This document shows positions 35,433 through 48,950 of a stretch of DNA of 64,000 bases, piece after piece. The stretch is from Octopus sinensis. Lineage: Eukaryota. Location of the stretch: positions 106,020,001-106,084,000 of the forward strand of contig NC_042998.1 in NCBI RefSeq assembly GCF_006345805.1, read 5' to 3'. Numbering within the stretch: the first letter of the stretch is position 1; every line of letters begins with the position of its first letter. Under the pieces are notes generated by a model. That model was not told the origin of the DNA. It did no database searches and saw only the letters and a list, made by a program, of their open reading frames with translations. Both the position numbers and the translations under genes were made by a program.

Positions 35433-35565
35433 TCATGATCATAATCATCCTCATCATAGTTTAATGTCTGCCTTCCATGCTAGCATGTATTTATGCATGT
35501 ATGTATAAATGTATATATAAGTGTGTGTGTATATCTGTCTTTCTCTCTATATATATATATACACA

Positions 35566-36862
35566 CTAGAAGTAGTTGACAGCTTACATTACCTAGGTGA
35601 CCAAGTCAGTAGCGGGAGTGGATGCTCTGAAAGTATAGCTGCTAGAATAAGAATAGCCTGGGCAAAGTTCAGTGAGCTCTTACTTCTGCTGGTGACAAAA
35701 GGCCTCTCGCTCGGAGTAAAAGATAGACTGTATGACACATGTTTACGAACAGCCATGCTACATGGCAGTGACATGCTACATGTGTGGTGACTGCTGAGGA
35801 CATGCGTAAGTTTGCAAGGAATGAAGTCAGTATGCTTCGATGGATGTGTAATGCCAGTGTGCATACACAACAGAATGTGCCTTGAGAGAAAAGTTAGACC
35901 CTAAGAAGCATCAGATGTGGTGTGCAAGAGAGACGACTGTGCTGATATGGACATGTGGTGCAAATGGACGAGGACAGCTGTGTGAAAAAGTGTCACACCC
36001 TAGCAGTTGAGGGAATCTGTGGAAGAAGTAAGACCCAGGAAGACCTGGGATGGAGTGATGTAGCAAGACCTTTGAAAATCGGGCCTCACCAAGGCAATGA
36101 CTAGTGACCGAGACAGTTGGAAATATGTTGTGCTTGAGAAGACCCGGCAAGCCAAGTGAGACCATAACCCATGATCTATGCCAGAGATGTAACCAGCCTA
36201 CTTATGCATTGCCTGCGAAGACCTGCTGAGGCAAGTGAAATCACAATCAAAATCAAATTCACTGGCGTGGCCAATGACAGTACTGCCTGACTGGCACCCA
36301 TGCCAGTGGAATGTTAAAAGCACAATCCGAGCATGATCATTGCCAGGGCTCTCATGCCGGTAGCACATAAAGTGCACCACTCAAGCATGATCGTTACTAG
36401 CATCACCTTACTGGCACTTGTGCCAGTGGCATGTGAAAAGCAACATTCAAGCAAGGTCGTTGCCAGTGTTACTGGACTGGCTCCTGTGCAGGTGGCACAT
36501 AAAAAACACCATTTGAGTGTGGCTGTCGCCAGTACCACTTGACTGGCCCTAGTGCCGGTGGCACGTAAAAGCACCCACTACACTTTCAGAGTGGTTGGCG
36601 TTAGGAAGGGCATCCAACTGTAGAAACTCTTAGGTCCAACTTTTCTCTTAAGGCACACTCTGTTGTGTATGCATACTGATATTACACATCCAGCAAAGCG
36701 TACAGGCTTCATTCCTTGTGAGCTTATGCATGTCCTCAGTAGTCACCACACATGTTTCACTGCCATGTAGCATGGCTGTTCATACACCAGTCCTCAATCA
36801 AACCGTCCAACCCATGCCAGCATGTAAAGCGGACATTAAACAATGATGATGATGATGATGAT
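35566..36862 (+). mobile_element. 5'-truncated RTE-clade LINE (RT C-terminus, 3' UTR tandem array, (GAT)n tail), decayed
   Basis: LEVVDSLHYLGDQVSSGSGCSESIAARIRIAWAKFSELL..LYDTCLRTAMLHGS; later GHVV..CVKKCHTL..RPRKTWD; frameshifts and stops. Confidence 0.92.
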
Positions 36863-37413
36863 ACACATATACACACACACACACATATATATATATATAT
36901 TACGTGTGTGTGTGTGTGTTTGTGTGTGCATGTAAAGATAGATATATATATATTTCACGTGCCATGTAAAAACAGACATATATTTGTTATATTTTTCTCT
37001 TGGTTTCTTTATTTCATTTTCTTCTCTTTAGTAAAGGATATCACCAAAAAGGTTAGATTCTTTTCTGTTTTTTTTTTTCCATTAGTATATTATTTTCATT
37101 ATACATCACTTCTTCCATTGTTATTTTTTTGCTTTATATTTCTATGCTTTTTCAGCCATGTTTTCTTTTGTCTGTAATGTTTCTTTGTTTTGTCTTATCT
37201 CATAATCTTACTCGTATTATTTGTGTGACTTTTTCCATCTATCTATCATTCTATGAGTCTCTGTGTGTATCTGTGTGTGTGTATATATATAGATGCATGT
37301 GTGTATATATAGATGTGTGTGTGTTTTTGAAATGAGGATTATATATATAATATATATATATATAATATATATATATATATAATTATAGATAGATAGAGAG
37401 ATAGATAGATAGG

Positions 37414-37470
<57 letters not shown>

Positions 37471-37520
37471 GGAGAGAAATCTATAGATACATGTGTGTGT
37501 TTCATTAGAGTAATTAATCT

Positions 37521-37568
<48 letters not shown>

Positions 37569-38085
37569 ATTTTATTTTTAAATTATATTTTCTTCTTAGT
37601 GTTATACAGCTAATTTAGAAGAATAAAGTTCCTACATTCAAATTGGTATTGTGAAGATCAGAGATCTACTTCCAGAGATAACTGTAAGCCTTCCTAAAAA
37701 AAATCCTGCCCAAGCCTGTATATGTCTGTACAGTTGTATGCTCAGCATTGACCAACTGGTGGCTCATATAAGACCATTTTACCAAAGAATAATCCAACAA
37801 ATAGTCATGAGACTTGAGGATATCTTTGAGAAGATAGAACATAAATTGATTTGGCAATTCAAAATAATGACATTGGAAATTTTCCCAGAAATATTATAAC
37901 TTCTACAAGATGAGAGATGTTGAAGTTGGACAGGTTTTAGTCTGTGGAATAAGGATAAAAGTAGCAGCAGTAAAAGTGAATTAATGGTTCAGTATAAAGA
38001 AGTTTAATGGGAATGATTTGTTATAAATTAAGAAGGATTTTCTAAAATGGAAGGTAGCAAATCTTTGTACTAAAATGTTTGCTCA

Positions 38086-38232
38086 CAGGCATGGCCACGT
38101 GATTAGGATGTTTGCTTCACTGCCATGAGATTTCAGGTTCAGTCGCACCTTGGGTAAGTGTTTTTCCTTATAGCCCTGGGCCAACCAAGGCTTTGTGAGT
38201 GGATCTGGTAGATGGAAAATGAAAAATAGCTG
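38086..38232 (+). mobile_element. S1 SINE 5' half
   Basis: GGTTCAGTCGCACCTTGGGTAAGTG..GCTTTGTGAGTGGATCTGGTAGATGGAAA. Confidence 0.8.
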
Positions 38233-38470
38233 GTCGTAATTGTGTGTGTGTGCATGTGTTTATGCAAGTTGCATATCTGTGTGTGCATGTGTGTGTGTGT
38301 GTGTTTGTATGTGTGTGTGTGCATGTGTGTATGCTTTGTATGTGTGTGTTGTGTGTGTGTGTGTGTATGTGTGTGTGCGTGTGCATGTGTGCATGTGTAC
38401 ATTTGCATTTCTACAAGCTGTGGACATTGTTGTCATTTCCTCAGTCAACAAATCATTATTTATGCCCACA

Positions 38471-38544
38471 GGCATACAGCATAGTGGTTAAGAGCACAGG
38501 CTACTAACCCCAAGATTCCGAGTCCAATTCCAGGCAGTGACCTG
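38471..38544 (+). mobile_element. tRNA-like Pol III head (SINE 5' end)
   Basis: A-box-like CAGCATAGTGG, B-box-like GAGTCCAATTCC; acceptor and anticodon stems do not pair; followed by (AAT)n. Confidence 0.65.
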
Positions 38545-38635
38545 AATAATGATGATGATGATGATAATAATAATAATAACAATAATAATAATAATACCAA
38601 TAATAATAAGAAGAAGAAAAAAAATGAAGAAGAAG

Positions 38636-39106
38636 AAAGACCAAAACAATAAAGTTTGCTTATTGATCGACATGAGCATCTCCTGTGATCATAATATCTC
38701 GGCGAAAGAGTTTGACAAGCTCAGAAAATATAAAGACCTGCTCATTGAAATTGAGAAAATGTGGCATCTCAAGGCAGTTACAATACCAGTGATCATAGGA
38801 GCACTAGGAATGATCAAGAAGGGAACCGAAAATTATATGAGAATGATCCCTGGCTTACCATCCCTACAAGAAGTGCAAAAGATTGTCTTAACTGGTACAT
38901 CACACGTATTGAGAAGAGCATTGTCGATGTGAGAACTATTACTACCCATGTATTTTAATTTAACTTTAACAAAAAAAAAAAAAAAGAACGAACTAGTGAG
39001 TTTAGTTTAATGGCCTACCAATGTATACTATGAGTTTCTTTGCCCTAAGAGTCAGGAAGACACTCGACAAGAAATGGAAGCAAATTTGAAAGAAGAAGAA
39101 AAAAAA
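38636..39106 (+). mobile_element. 5'-truncated R4/Dong-like non-LTR retrotransposon (restriction-like endonuclease C-terminus + 3' UTR) in an (AAT)n run
   Basis: CLLIDMSISCDHNISAKEFDKLRKYKDLLIEIEKMWHLKAVTIPVIIGALGMI..QKIVLTGTSHVLRR, stop at 38932; TAA repeats both sides. Confidence 0.85.
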
Positions 39107-39149
39107 GATGATAATAATAATAATAATAAGAAGAAGAAGAAGAAAAAGA

Positions 39150-39316
39150 AGATCGAAAAATACCTTAGGAATGAGAGCCCAGGTTCGAAATTTCCCCAAG
39201 ACACCTAATGAAGGCTGGAGGGTATATCAGCTGTGTTAACAACAAACAAGATGAGGACAAATATCCATCAAATGTAAATAATGTATATAATTCCTCATCT
39301 TTTAAATAGAAAACTG
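39150..39316 (+). mobile_element. Tail element with a broken HHR-like motif (family F, 39200-39237)
   Basis: GACAC-CTAATGA-A-GGCTG-GAGGGTATAT-CAGC-TGTGTT: stems I and II present, GAAAC segment absent. Confidence 0.5.
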
Positions 39317-39369
39317 AATGACATATTGGTTTCGAATTTTGGTACAAGGCCAGCAAGTTTCAGAGAGTG

Positions 39370-39525
39370 GGTATGTCAATTACATTGATCCTAGTGTTCA
39401 AATGGTACTTATTTTATCAATCCCCGAAAGGGTGAAAAGTAAAGTCAACCTCAGAAGAACTGAAACTCAAAGCATAAAAGGTTGGGAGAAATGCCACCAT
39501 GTTAACGATTCTGTCAGCTCACCAC
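39370..39525 (-). mobile_element. S2 SINE, decayed
   Basis: Reverse S2 motifs. Confidence 0.7.
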
Positions 39526-40100
39526 CTCATATGAGCAATGACGTATTGAGACAGTGTTGAGTTAAGGACTGAAAATGACTGAACAGAATGAAATATATGG
39601 ACTTCACATGAACATAAATATTCTGAAATATAATCATATACAAACAAACAAACACAGATATCAAATTTACACCACATATGTTCTTGACAAGAACAGGCAC
39701 TAAAATAAACCAAGGCTGCTTGGCTATATAAAGCATAAAATTATTTAGAAGTTTTTTTTTATTTTATTTTTTTATTGTACGCTGCAAAGAAGACAGCTTC
39801 AGTTCATTTTTAAAAAAATCTATTGTATAAAAGCATTTGTTCACTCATCACAGATACACACAGTCTATAGAAAATACTAAAATACTTGCACAATAGCATT
39901 TTCATTTGCTCAATGGAGGACATGCAGATTTCTCAACCCACTGGCTTCTTCAATATTGAAAACATAATAATACAATAGTAACAATCATCTAAAATATCGA
40001 AATTATATATACACTCGCACACACACATATATATATATATGTACACACACACACATACATACAGATATATATATATAATATATATATATATATATAATAT

Positions 40101-40170
<70 letters not shown>

Positions 40171-42589
40171 TAGATAATGCAAAATTCTCTAAGACAACCA
40201 AAAATCTTTACCAAGCCCTGATTTACAAGAATTTATTGATCTCTAGTAGCAGAACTGTTTCAAAGTCAAACTCCACAATTTCTCAAGAAGAACCCCATTA
40301 TATGACAGTTAAAGCAGAGCAGATAGCATAATCATATAGGTTGTATTTTTCTGGTTTCACATGTCAGTAATGTTTTGGAACAAATTCTCATTGGGGGATA
40401 TATGATTATTGCTAAAGAAATGTTATGACATAACTTCCACACAGCAAGAACTTGTTTTTCTCTCACTTCTCTGCACTAGCATGGTTGAATGCTAAGGCTG
40501 CATTTTAAAATCAAATATTTATATCTAGAAGCTGCAATATTTTTGAACAAAACTGGTTACAGTATGCTTATCTTAAACTGCAATATCTAAGAATTCTGAA
40601 GAAGTTTTAAGAATGGTTTATGAATGGTTTACAAGGGACTAAAACTAAGCTGTTTTGGTTAATAGAGCATTGGACAGAATGTTTCATGATATTTGTTCCA
40701 ACACTCAGCACTCTGAGTTCAAATTCCATGAAGGTCATATTTACCTTTCCTTCTTTTGAGATTAATAAAAATGTAACAAATCTAAGATGTTTGACTTGGT
40801 GAAACTATAAGAACATTCGACCAGAAGCCTTGTGGTATTTTTCCAGCTCTTTCTTTCTGGATGCAGATCCTTCCATGGCATACTTGAGTGGTAGACTTTG
40901 CCTATCACTTAGTTTAACATTACCACCAGGCACTTTGAGTGACTTCAGCAGTTCAACTCTGTTGCAAGAATTCAGAACAATTTTTAGTTTGGGGTATCTG
41001 CTTGAGGATAGCTTTCTCCCTCCATACCACCAGTCTTGGAGGCTCTATAATAAATCAAAGCATTTATGAAATGTAAAAATTACTCAAGCCCCATCCCTGA
41101 GAAAAAAGGGACTTGTGTTCTTTCAGATGAAACCAGGAAGAGTCACAGTGACCAACAACAGGTGGAATGAATACTTCAGCTAGATTTTCAATTGAAAATA
41201 GTTGATACTGGAAGAAATCTCTCGGCAATCATCCCTATCAGTTTTTTTTACATCTGTTTTTCCAAGTTGGCATGGGTTGGACGGTTTTACTGAGGCAGTC
41301 ATTAATGGCCAGATACCTTTCTGATTACTAGCCCTTTTAGTCACTTCTTATGACACTCAGTGATGTAGTGTATCTTCTCTAAAACCAGGATATACATAGA
41401 AAAAGTATCCAAGTTTCCATCTTACATATAAACTCAGCATATTTCTGTCTATAAATGAAGTTCTAAAAACCATAAAACAGATAAGCTGCAGCAAAACATA
41501 TTTTAAAGGTAGAATGTTTTCTGGAATATATATTCCAAACTAACATAAAAACATTGGAAATACTTCCCACTTTAACTAATATCAAGGAAGAAACTGAGAT
41601 ATCATTAGACATCTGAAGCACTAACATAGCCATGTTTGGCTGGAATAAAGTAGCATGTGTTTCATAACTGTCTATAACTAAAAAAAATCCCTAACTCTTA
41701 CTATCAATAATCTCACAAAAATAACTCTAAGTTACAATGTTATGTTTCAACCTGATCAAAGTATAATGAACATGGATGGACACAGCTAGACTGGTGCAGG
41801 AAAGATGCAATGAATAAAAGAGAAATATTTATGTTATCTACATAGATCATTCCAAAGATTTTGGTTTCTCAGAGGCAGTGAATTATCCCCAGAAAGCAAA
41901 ACTGCCCCCAAGAATTTCATAATAATGATCTAGCTATACAATTATAACATAGCAGTAAAAATTCTCTCCTAGTATGAACTCACTGAAGACTTCTATATCC
42001 ATCAGTAGCATGCAACAAGGATGCATGCTCTCACCTGTTCGCTTTGTGTAGATAATGATGAATGCAGAGACCTAAACCAACCCCAGCCACCTCCCCTTCT
42101 CTCTCAAATACACTCCCACTCAGTTGAGGGGGCCTTTTCCTTTCTTTTCTTTCCATTGTCTTGCAAATTACTTGACAACTTCACATGTACCAGTGTCACA
42201 AAAAAAAGCACCAGTACACACTGTAAAATGGCTGACATTGGGAAAAACATCCACCTGTAGAAATTAGGCCAAAGCTGACACCTGAGCCTGACAGCTGAGC
42301 AGTTCATTGGATCCTGTGAAATTGTCCAGTCAATGCCAGCAAGTAAGACAGGCATTAAATGATGATGATAGCTTACTTTAAAAAACTTGAGCTAATTAAG
42401 GTATTTTAAAACCTTCTATTTCCTTATTCATACAACATAAATCAGCTAAACAAGAAATCTTTACTATCATTTTACAATATTTTATGATCACACGCATACA
42501 TGTACACACGCGCACACACATACACATCTCCATACGTGCATACATATACACACATACACACACATGTACATACATATACACATACACAG

Positions 42590-42603
42590 ATAGACAGATA
42601 GAC

Positions 42604-42664
<61 letters not shown>

Positions 42665-42734
42665 GATAGACAGACAGATGGATGAACAGACAGACAGGCA
42701 GGCAGGCAGGCAAACAGACAGACAGGCAGACAGC

Positions 42735-42795
<61 letters not shown>
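42590..42795. repeat. (AGAT)n/(AGAC)n/(AGGC)n compound microsatellite
   Basis: Direct reading. Confidence 0.95.
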
Positions 42796-42797
<2 letters not shown>

Positions 42798-43104
42798 AAC
42801 ATTGCTGAGATATTTACTGTTCAGTCTACAAGGATATGTAGTGGAGACTAGGATGCTGCAGAAATTTATTCTTCATTTGCTTTTTAATGAGGACTATGCT
42901 TGTATAGCAAATCAAAAGATCAATCACTGTGTTATTTTGAGCAAATTTGACAAAACTTAATAGCCATTAGCTCTTCTATCGTCCTATCATCATGAGAATG
43001 TATTCTTCCATAGCTATGTAGCACCATTAAAAGCATGCTCCTGAGATTAGTGAGCAATCTAGAAATCATGGAGTACCATTCCCAAGTGGTTGACCTCTAA
43101 CCTC

Positions 43105-43990
43105 AGTCATCATCATCATCATCATCATTGTTTAACATCCGTTTTCAATGCTGGCATGGGTTGGACGGTTTGACTGAGGTCTGGAGAGCCAGAGGCTGCA
43201 ATAGGCTCCAATCTGATCTGGCAATGTTTCTACAGCTGGATTCCCTTCCTAACACCAACCACTCCAAGAGTGTAGTGGGTGCTTTTTATGATGCCAGAAG
43301 CACAGGAGTCACTCAGGCAGGCCTGGCATCGATCACGTTTGGATAGTGCTTTATACATGTCACTGGCATGGGGGGGGGGCAGTCAATGGGTACTAGCATC
43401 GGCCACATTCGGATGGAGCTTTTTACATGGCACATGCACGGGAGCTGGTCAGGGAGTACTGGTATCAGCCACATTCGGATAGTGCTTTTTATGTGCCACT
43501 GGCATGGGAGCGAGGCAGTAGGTACTGGCATCAGCCACGTTCAGATGAAGCTTTTTATGTGCCACCGGCATGGATGGGGGCAGTCCTGGTGTTGATCACA
43601 TTCAGATAGTGCTTTTTACGTGCCACCAGCACAGGAGACAGTCAGGAGGTAATGGCATCAGCCACAGTCAGATGGTGCTTTTTACATGCTGCCAGCACAG
43701 GAGCCAGTCAGAGAGTGGCACTTCCTCACACAACTATCCTCATCCATACATAACACATGACCATACCATCACAGTCATCTCTCTTGCACACCACATTTGA
43801 TGCTTCTTATGCCCAACTTTTCTCTCAGGGCGCTTACACTGACATTACACATCCAGCATATCATACTACTTTCATTTCTTTCAAGCCAATGCATTTCTTC
43901 AGCAATTATGGCCCATGTTTCACTGCCGTGTAGCATGGCAGTTCATACACATGCATCATACAGTCTACCTTTCATCCCTAAGGCCCTTCA
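43105..43990 (-). mobile_element. RTE-LINE 3' end with 7-unit UTR array and an upstream RT piece
   Basis: (CAT)n tail at 43105; ~65-bp units 43270-43720; RT segment 43740-43990. Confidence 0.85.
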
Positions 43991-46829
43991 ATTCTAGACC
44001 TTGCTTACTTGCTTCAGGGATTAAAACAATTCAGACAACGAGCCAGGCCATCTATAAATCCTACATCAGTGTTCTACTTCACTACCTCTACGCAAAACTT
44101 AAAATCTGTGAGGCTGTATTACTTCTATCACAACTACAACTTTGGGGCAATAAACTGTAACCATATCACCAGTAGTGATTCCACACAGGTGCAACTGTAT
44201 GATGATACCACCAATCAGAAAGTCCAACAGATAGTTGGCTGTATTAGTAAATAAGTAAAGATCTTGATGTAGAAGAGTTCTAAAGAAAGGGATCCATTGT
44301 ATGCATGAAAGTATCAGATTTCCCAGATAGATTCTTTATTGCTAATGGGTGGATGGCTTTCATAAACAGTATCACCTAATGAAGAGACAGAAGATCAACA
44401 TTAGAAATAATATCGAATACCTCTTGAATCCCAGAAAGCTGAAGAAGTTGAAACTGAAAGGAATATTTTATATTCAGAGATTAGGAATAAAGAAATGAAT
44501 TTTGAGAAGTGAATCATTCATTTTCAAATATGGCCTGTGAAAATCACAACAAAAATACATCTGCCCAAACTTTGCACACTGACTTTCCTAACATCACTCA
44601 AAATTTATGTTGTAATTTGCAGTTTGATCTTCACAGACTAGGGTTTCATACAATAATATTTTCCTTGGTCTATAAGACATAACCAAAATACATATGTTAC
44701 ATATGTATGTAAGATGCTTTACTCTTGTTGGCCACGACTATGAAAATTTTGAGAAAAATCAATGACCAGTGTTTTGTTGTCATTTTTTATGCACATTTGC
44801 CTCTGTATATTTACTGTTGAATTCTGTGCAGGAAACATAACTTTAGTTGCACTTGCTCGATTGATTTTGGTAACACATTTTGCTCATTTACTCATGCTTC
44901 AGCTCCATTTTATAGCCTTGAAACAAATTTATATCAACATCTAAGAATAACAGTTATTTTCACAGTTACTTACCGTCTAGTCATTTGTGTATTTCCACTG
45001 CTTGCATTCAGCTTGTAGTTAACAAATAAAAGTTAACAGTAAACAAACAACTATTGCCAACCATCGAAAACGAACTGAAACAAAGGATGATATGTTTTAT
45101 TGTTTTACTCTATTTCAATCAGTTCCTCTTCTTGCCATCTTCAGGTGACTTCTTCCTACGTATAAACATATATCCTGACTTAGCTTGAACATGGAGTCAT
45201 TATTTATATCACAGTTTTAAATTCAAAGTCATTTACTTTACTTTTTCTTATTGTTATTGTTTACTGCTCATTTTTTTCTGTATTTATTGTAAGAATGGTA
45301 TTGTTGACTCTCTTTGATAGTTTCTAGATTTTTTTTTTTTGTTACAGCATTTGTTGTATCAAAGTTTATTCTCTCCCTTTTTGTCAATTTTTACCTTTTT
45401 TCTTTCCACTTTCTTCTACAAATTTTCATTTCCTCCTCAAACATTTTAATCAAAGTAAAAATTACCTACTGTGTTTTCATAGAAAATATTTTCCATTCTA
45501 TGCTTCCATACATACAAGTGTCTTCTTCGCATTTAACAATGCTATAATTTTCTTTTTTCTTGAAAATGTTTCCAGAACATAAAATGTCAAATAACATGCA
45601 GATTATGTGTTACTTGCAGACACTAAGTAGATTTATTTTACGCACATACACAGACACAGACACACACACACACACACACACATGCACCCACACGCACATA
45701 CATACACACATAAGCACATGTGTAAACACATGGGTGTACACACACATACATTAAATGCCAACCACACATATAAAACCAATACCAGTTGTGTCAATTTAAA
45801 TGAAATCATCTACATCACTGTTATATGTACATACACATCATCATCATCATCATCAAAAGCAGCAACAGAATTTTTACATCCAGTTTTCCATGCCTGCATG
45901 GGTTGGATGGGTCTTCAAGCTCACCAACATTACTCATCTAAAAAAGCATGTTGGTATAATTTATTTCTAGCCTTTCTGTTCATTCTATTCATTCAATTCT
46001 GATTGTTTGGTACATTCCAACAGTACATTTGGTACTATTACAGTCTGTTCTTCAATCTGAGATAGAATCCCTTTATTTCTAGCAAAAGTAACAGCTCACC
46101 CCTGGAACTTCTACCCTACTCAGGAACTCCCCAACCATTCTTATTCTGACTACTATACTTTCAGAGCATTCACCTTCACTACTAATTGTGTCACCTAGGT
46201 AACATTGAAAGTTATCAACTTCTGGGGAGTCTTCCAAATGTTTGGAAGAATTTCTTTCTGAGCACTCTTTCTGCTCATTAGCCCTGTACTTCTGTTACTC
46301 AGGAAGTCATCTTACACTGTCAGCTTGCCTGCTATTCCAATGCATTGAGTACATCATATGGAATTGCAGCTTATCCTTTTTCCATATATTGAATGTGGCC
46401 ACTTTCCAAATACCAGTAGAATTCTATCTCCTAAATCTTTTGTCTGTACTAGTTTTATTTTGTGAGCTAAAGATACTAGGCTTTGCTAGTTTGTTTTGTA
46501 TTTCTTCTCTAAATCCGTTGAGTACCAGATTAATCTAGGTCACTGTCAAACTAGAGTTTCATTGAGAGACAGTCTAAACTTTCTTATCATAACCTGGAGA
46601 GTTATTTCTCTTCTTCAAGCAGTCATAACCAAGAAGAATTCACCATTCCATGCTGGGGATCTCCACTAGTTTTGGTAGGTCCTTGATTTTAAGTTGTGTA
46701 TCTTTGAGAATAACAACATCAGTGTAGTTATGTGGTCTTTGTCTCTATTAGAGTGGGGAAGTCTCTAAAATATATCTAATATAGTCAAGTTTTTTGGCAC
46801 AATAGCTGGGGCCAGCAAAGCCTATCCCC

Positions 46830-47050
46830 ATTGATCAGCTACAGTAGAAATGAGTGGAATGTGTTGGGAAATCTTCTCTTAGATCTTGTATTCACATAAT
46901 GAGATGTTTTGAGCCCCAGTGGAAGCTTACCATATGTAACATGAAGGCAATCTTACAACTCTTTCATATTCCAGGCTGCTGCTCCACAGTGAAGAATGCT
47001 TTCTACACATGCCCTGAAAAGGGCAAGCTTGGTTAACATTGAAATACTTG
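46830..47050 (-). pseudogene. RTE-like RT C-terminal relic
   Basis: KLALFRACVESILHCGAAAW ... FAG. Confidence 0.55.
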
Positions 47051-48745
47051 ATTGCTAAATCTTTTACAACTTGTTACAGGTACTCCAGTCACTCCTTTAC
47101 ATTTTAGAAAATGTTCTTGCTGTCAGCAATATTGGACATGAGGTACTTGGGTTGTGTGCCATCACTGGAAAAAATTGGCAGGTGGTTTTCTTTTTCATGT
47201 TCATTCATTCTTCTTTACATTGAGAAACACACTGATTTTGATTGCAACATTCTGAATGGAGTTTACAAGTTTGGCACATCGAATGAGCTGCAAGGAAAAG
47301 ATTATCAGCATGGTCAAGGTCAGAGAGATAAATATTCTGTTGATAATATATATAATATAATATATATATTATATAGTATATAATATAATATATATATATA
47401 TATATAACATAATATATATATATAATATAAGATATAAAATATTTATAATATACTTCATAGATTTCCACTTATTCTTTTACAACATATGCATCACCTAACA
47501 TGTCTTTGAATCAATGCCTGGCCAAGAGACGTTTTGGATTCCATACTTTTCTTCTCCAGATTGTCTTATATTTCTGGCTCATTTACTTTTCAGTTTGACA
47601 TCACTAATGACCAGTTGAATGGCACATTCTTCAGCACATGAAGACTTAGTATTCACAGCTATGTGTCTGTTGCATTTCTTGATGTGTATGAAGACAATAT
47701 GGCTAATATGTTTACCAGAGCTGTATGTGATCATCTGATTTGTCAATTTCCTAAAGTTAATGCTGCAAATAGTTCACCATAAAGCTCTAAGAACTTTGAC
47801 CCTACTTCATTCAGTATACCATGACCATAGCAACTATATAAATTGGAATAGACATCATGGAGTTGCCTAATATGTCCATCAAAGTAACCAGCCATGATAA
47901 TGAGGTCCTGACATTTGTTATCAAGATAGTCAGCAAGTGGACCTCAAAGAAATGGTTCTTTTGCTCCAGTGTCTGTCCTGTTTGTGGTATATATTTAGAA
48001 ACTACTGTTACAGCATTTTTGCCTTTGAATAGTCTAAACTTAACTGTTCTGTCACTTCATCAGACTATCTCAATTATTTTTTCTATCCATTTCTCTATCT
48101 AAGCATGTCTACGTAGACTCAGGAATAAGGAATGCATGGGATGCACTTGCACTCCCTAAAATTTTAGGAGAGCAATGAAATGCATTGAACATCTTGGATT
48201 GGACCTGGGTTTGCACCCCTAAGCAAATTTTGTTCCCATGCTTATGCACATCTACTCCAAGACACCCAGAAAGATTTGTACATGTATTCTTTGCCTGTGA
48301 GATATACCTTTCATCATATCTACACATTGACAGTTGCAACCCTAAAGCTTTACTCCAGACAAGGAAAAGGAGAGTTTCTGGTGATGTTTGGCTTCATCAA
48401 TTTCTATAGTAGTGTGACTGAACCCAGAGCCATGTGGTTGGAAAGCTTGCTTCTTACCACATAGCCATGCCTGCAGTTTGTGTACTCCACATTTTCTATG
48501 GATGGGATTTTATTCAGAATTATTAATTGGCTTGTAAGAGAGTCCAGTATTTCAGTTGCCTTAACTGCAACTGTGCCTCAACATCTCTCCATTTTGTTGG
48601 AAGTAGTGAAAGGTTCATTGTATCATGTAAAATGTGATGGGAGTAAAATACATTAATAGTTTTAAAGAATTGGTTTGTCAATGTCATTATATATATTTTA
48701 CATATTTCAGTCATTTGATTGCAGCCATGCTGGAGCACCATTTAT

Positions 48746-48810
<65 letters not shown>

Positions 48811-48905
48811 AAAATGCCCCCTGTCCAATTGATGGTGCTGAGTTGTCAAACATTTAAACCAAATTTTCTCAAAACAACTTGTCCGACCATCCCATAGGCC
48901 TCTCC

Positions 48906-48950
48906 TTTGAGAAACACTGATTTGAGAAACACTGATTTGAGAAACACTGA
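48906..48950. repeat. 15-bp unit TTTGAGAAACACTGA x3
   Basis: Three perfect copies; the unit contains the reverse of CAGTGTTTCTCAA, an hAT-like terminus. Confidence 0.9.

Noticed and set aside
37651-37899. 82-aa ORF in non-microsatellite sequence
   Set aside because: No recognisable domain or matching splice signals.
38471-38544. Functional tRNA gene
   Set aside because: A/B-box-like motifs are present, but acceptor and anticodon stems do not pair; treated as a SINE head.
40804-41069. Open frames on both strands (~75-79 codons)
   Set aside because: No motif recognised; length is within chance range.
43270-43720. CRISPR-like repeat/spacer array
   Set aside because: Eukaryotic context; units are diverged along their whole length and lie inside a LINE 3' UTR.
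44230-44520. pogo/Tigger-like FIANG-WVDGF fragment
   Set aside because: One short frameshifted motif; too weak to call.
45050-45160. Minus-strand CTGAAGA-TGGC..GAACTGA/TCAGTTC as a decayed HHR
   Set aside because: 5' core is present but the GAAAC half is not recognisable.
46000-46680. CR1-like RT relic on the minus strand
   Set aside because: Only faint motif resemblance across many stops.
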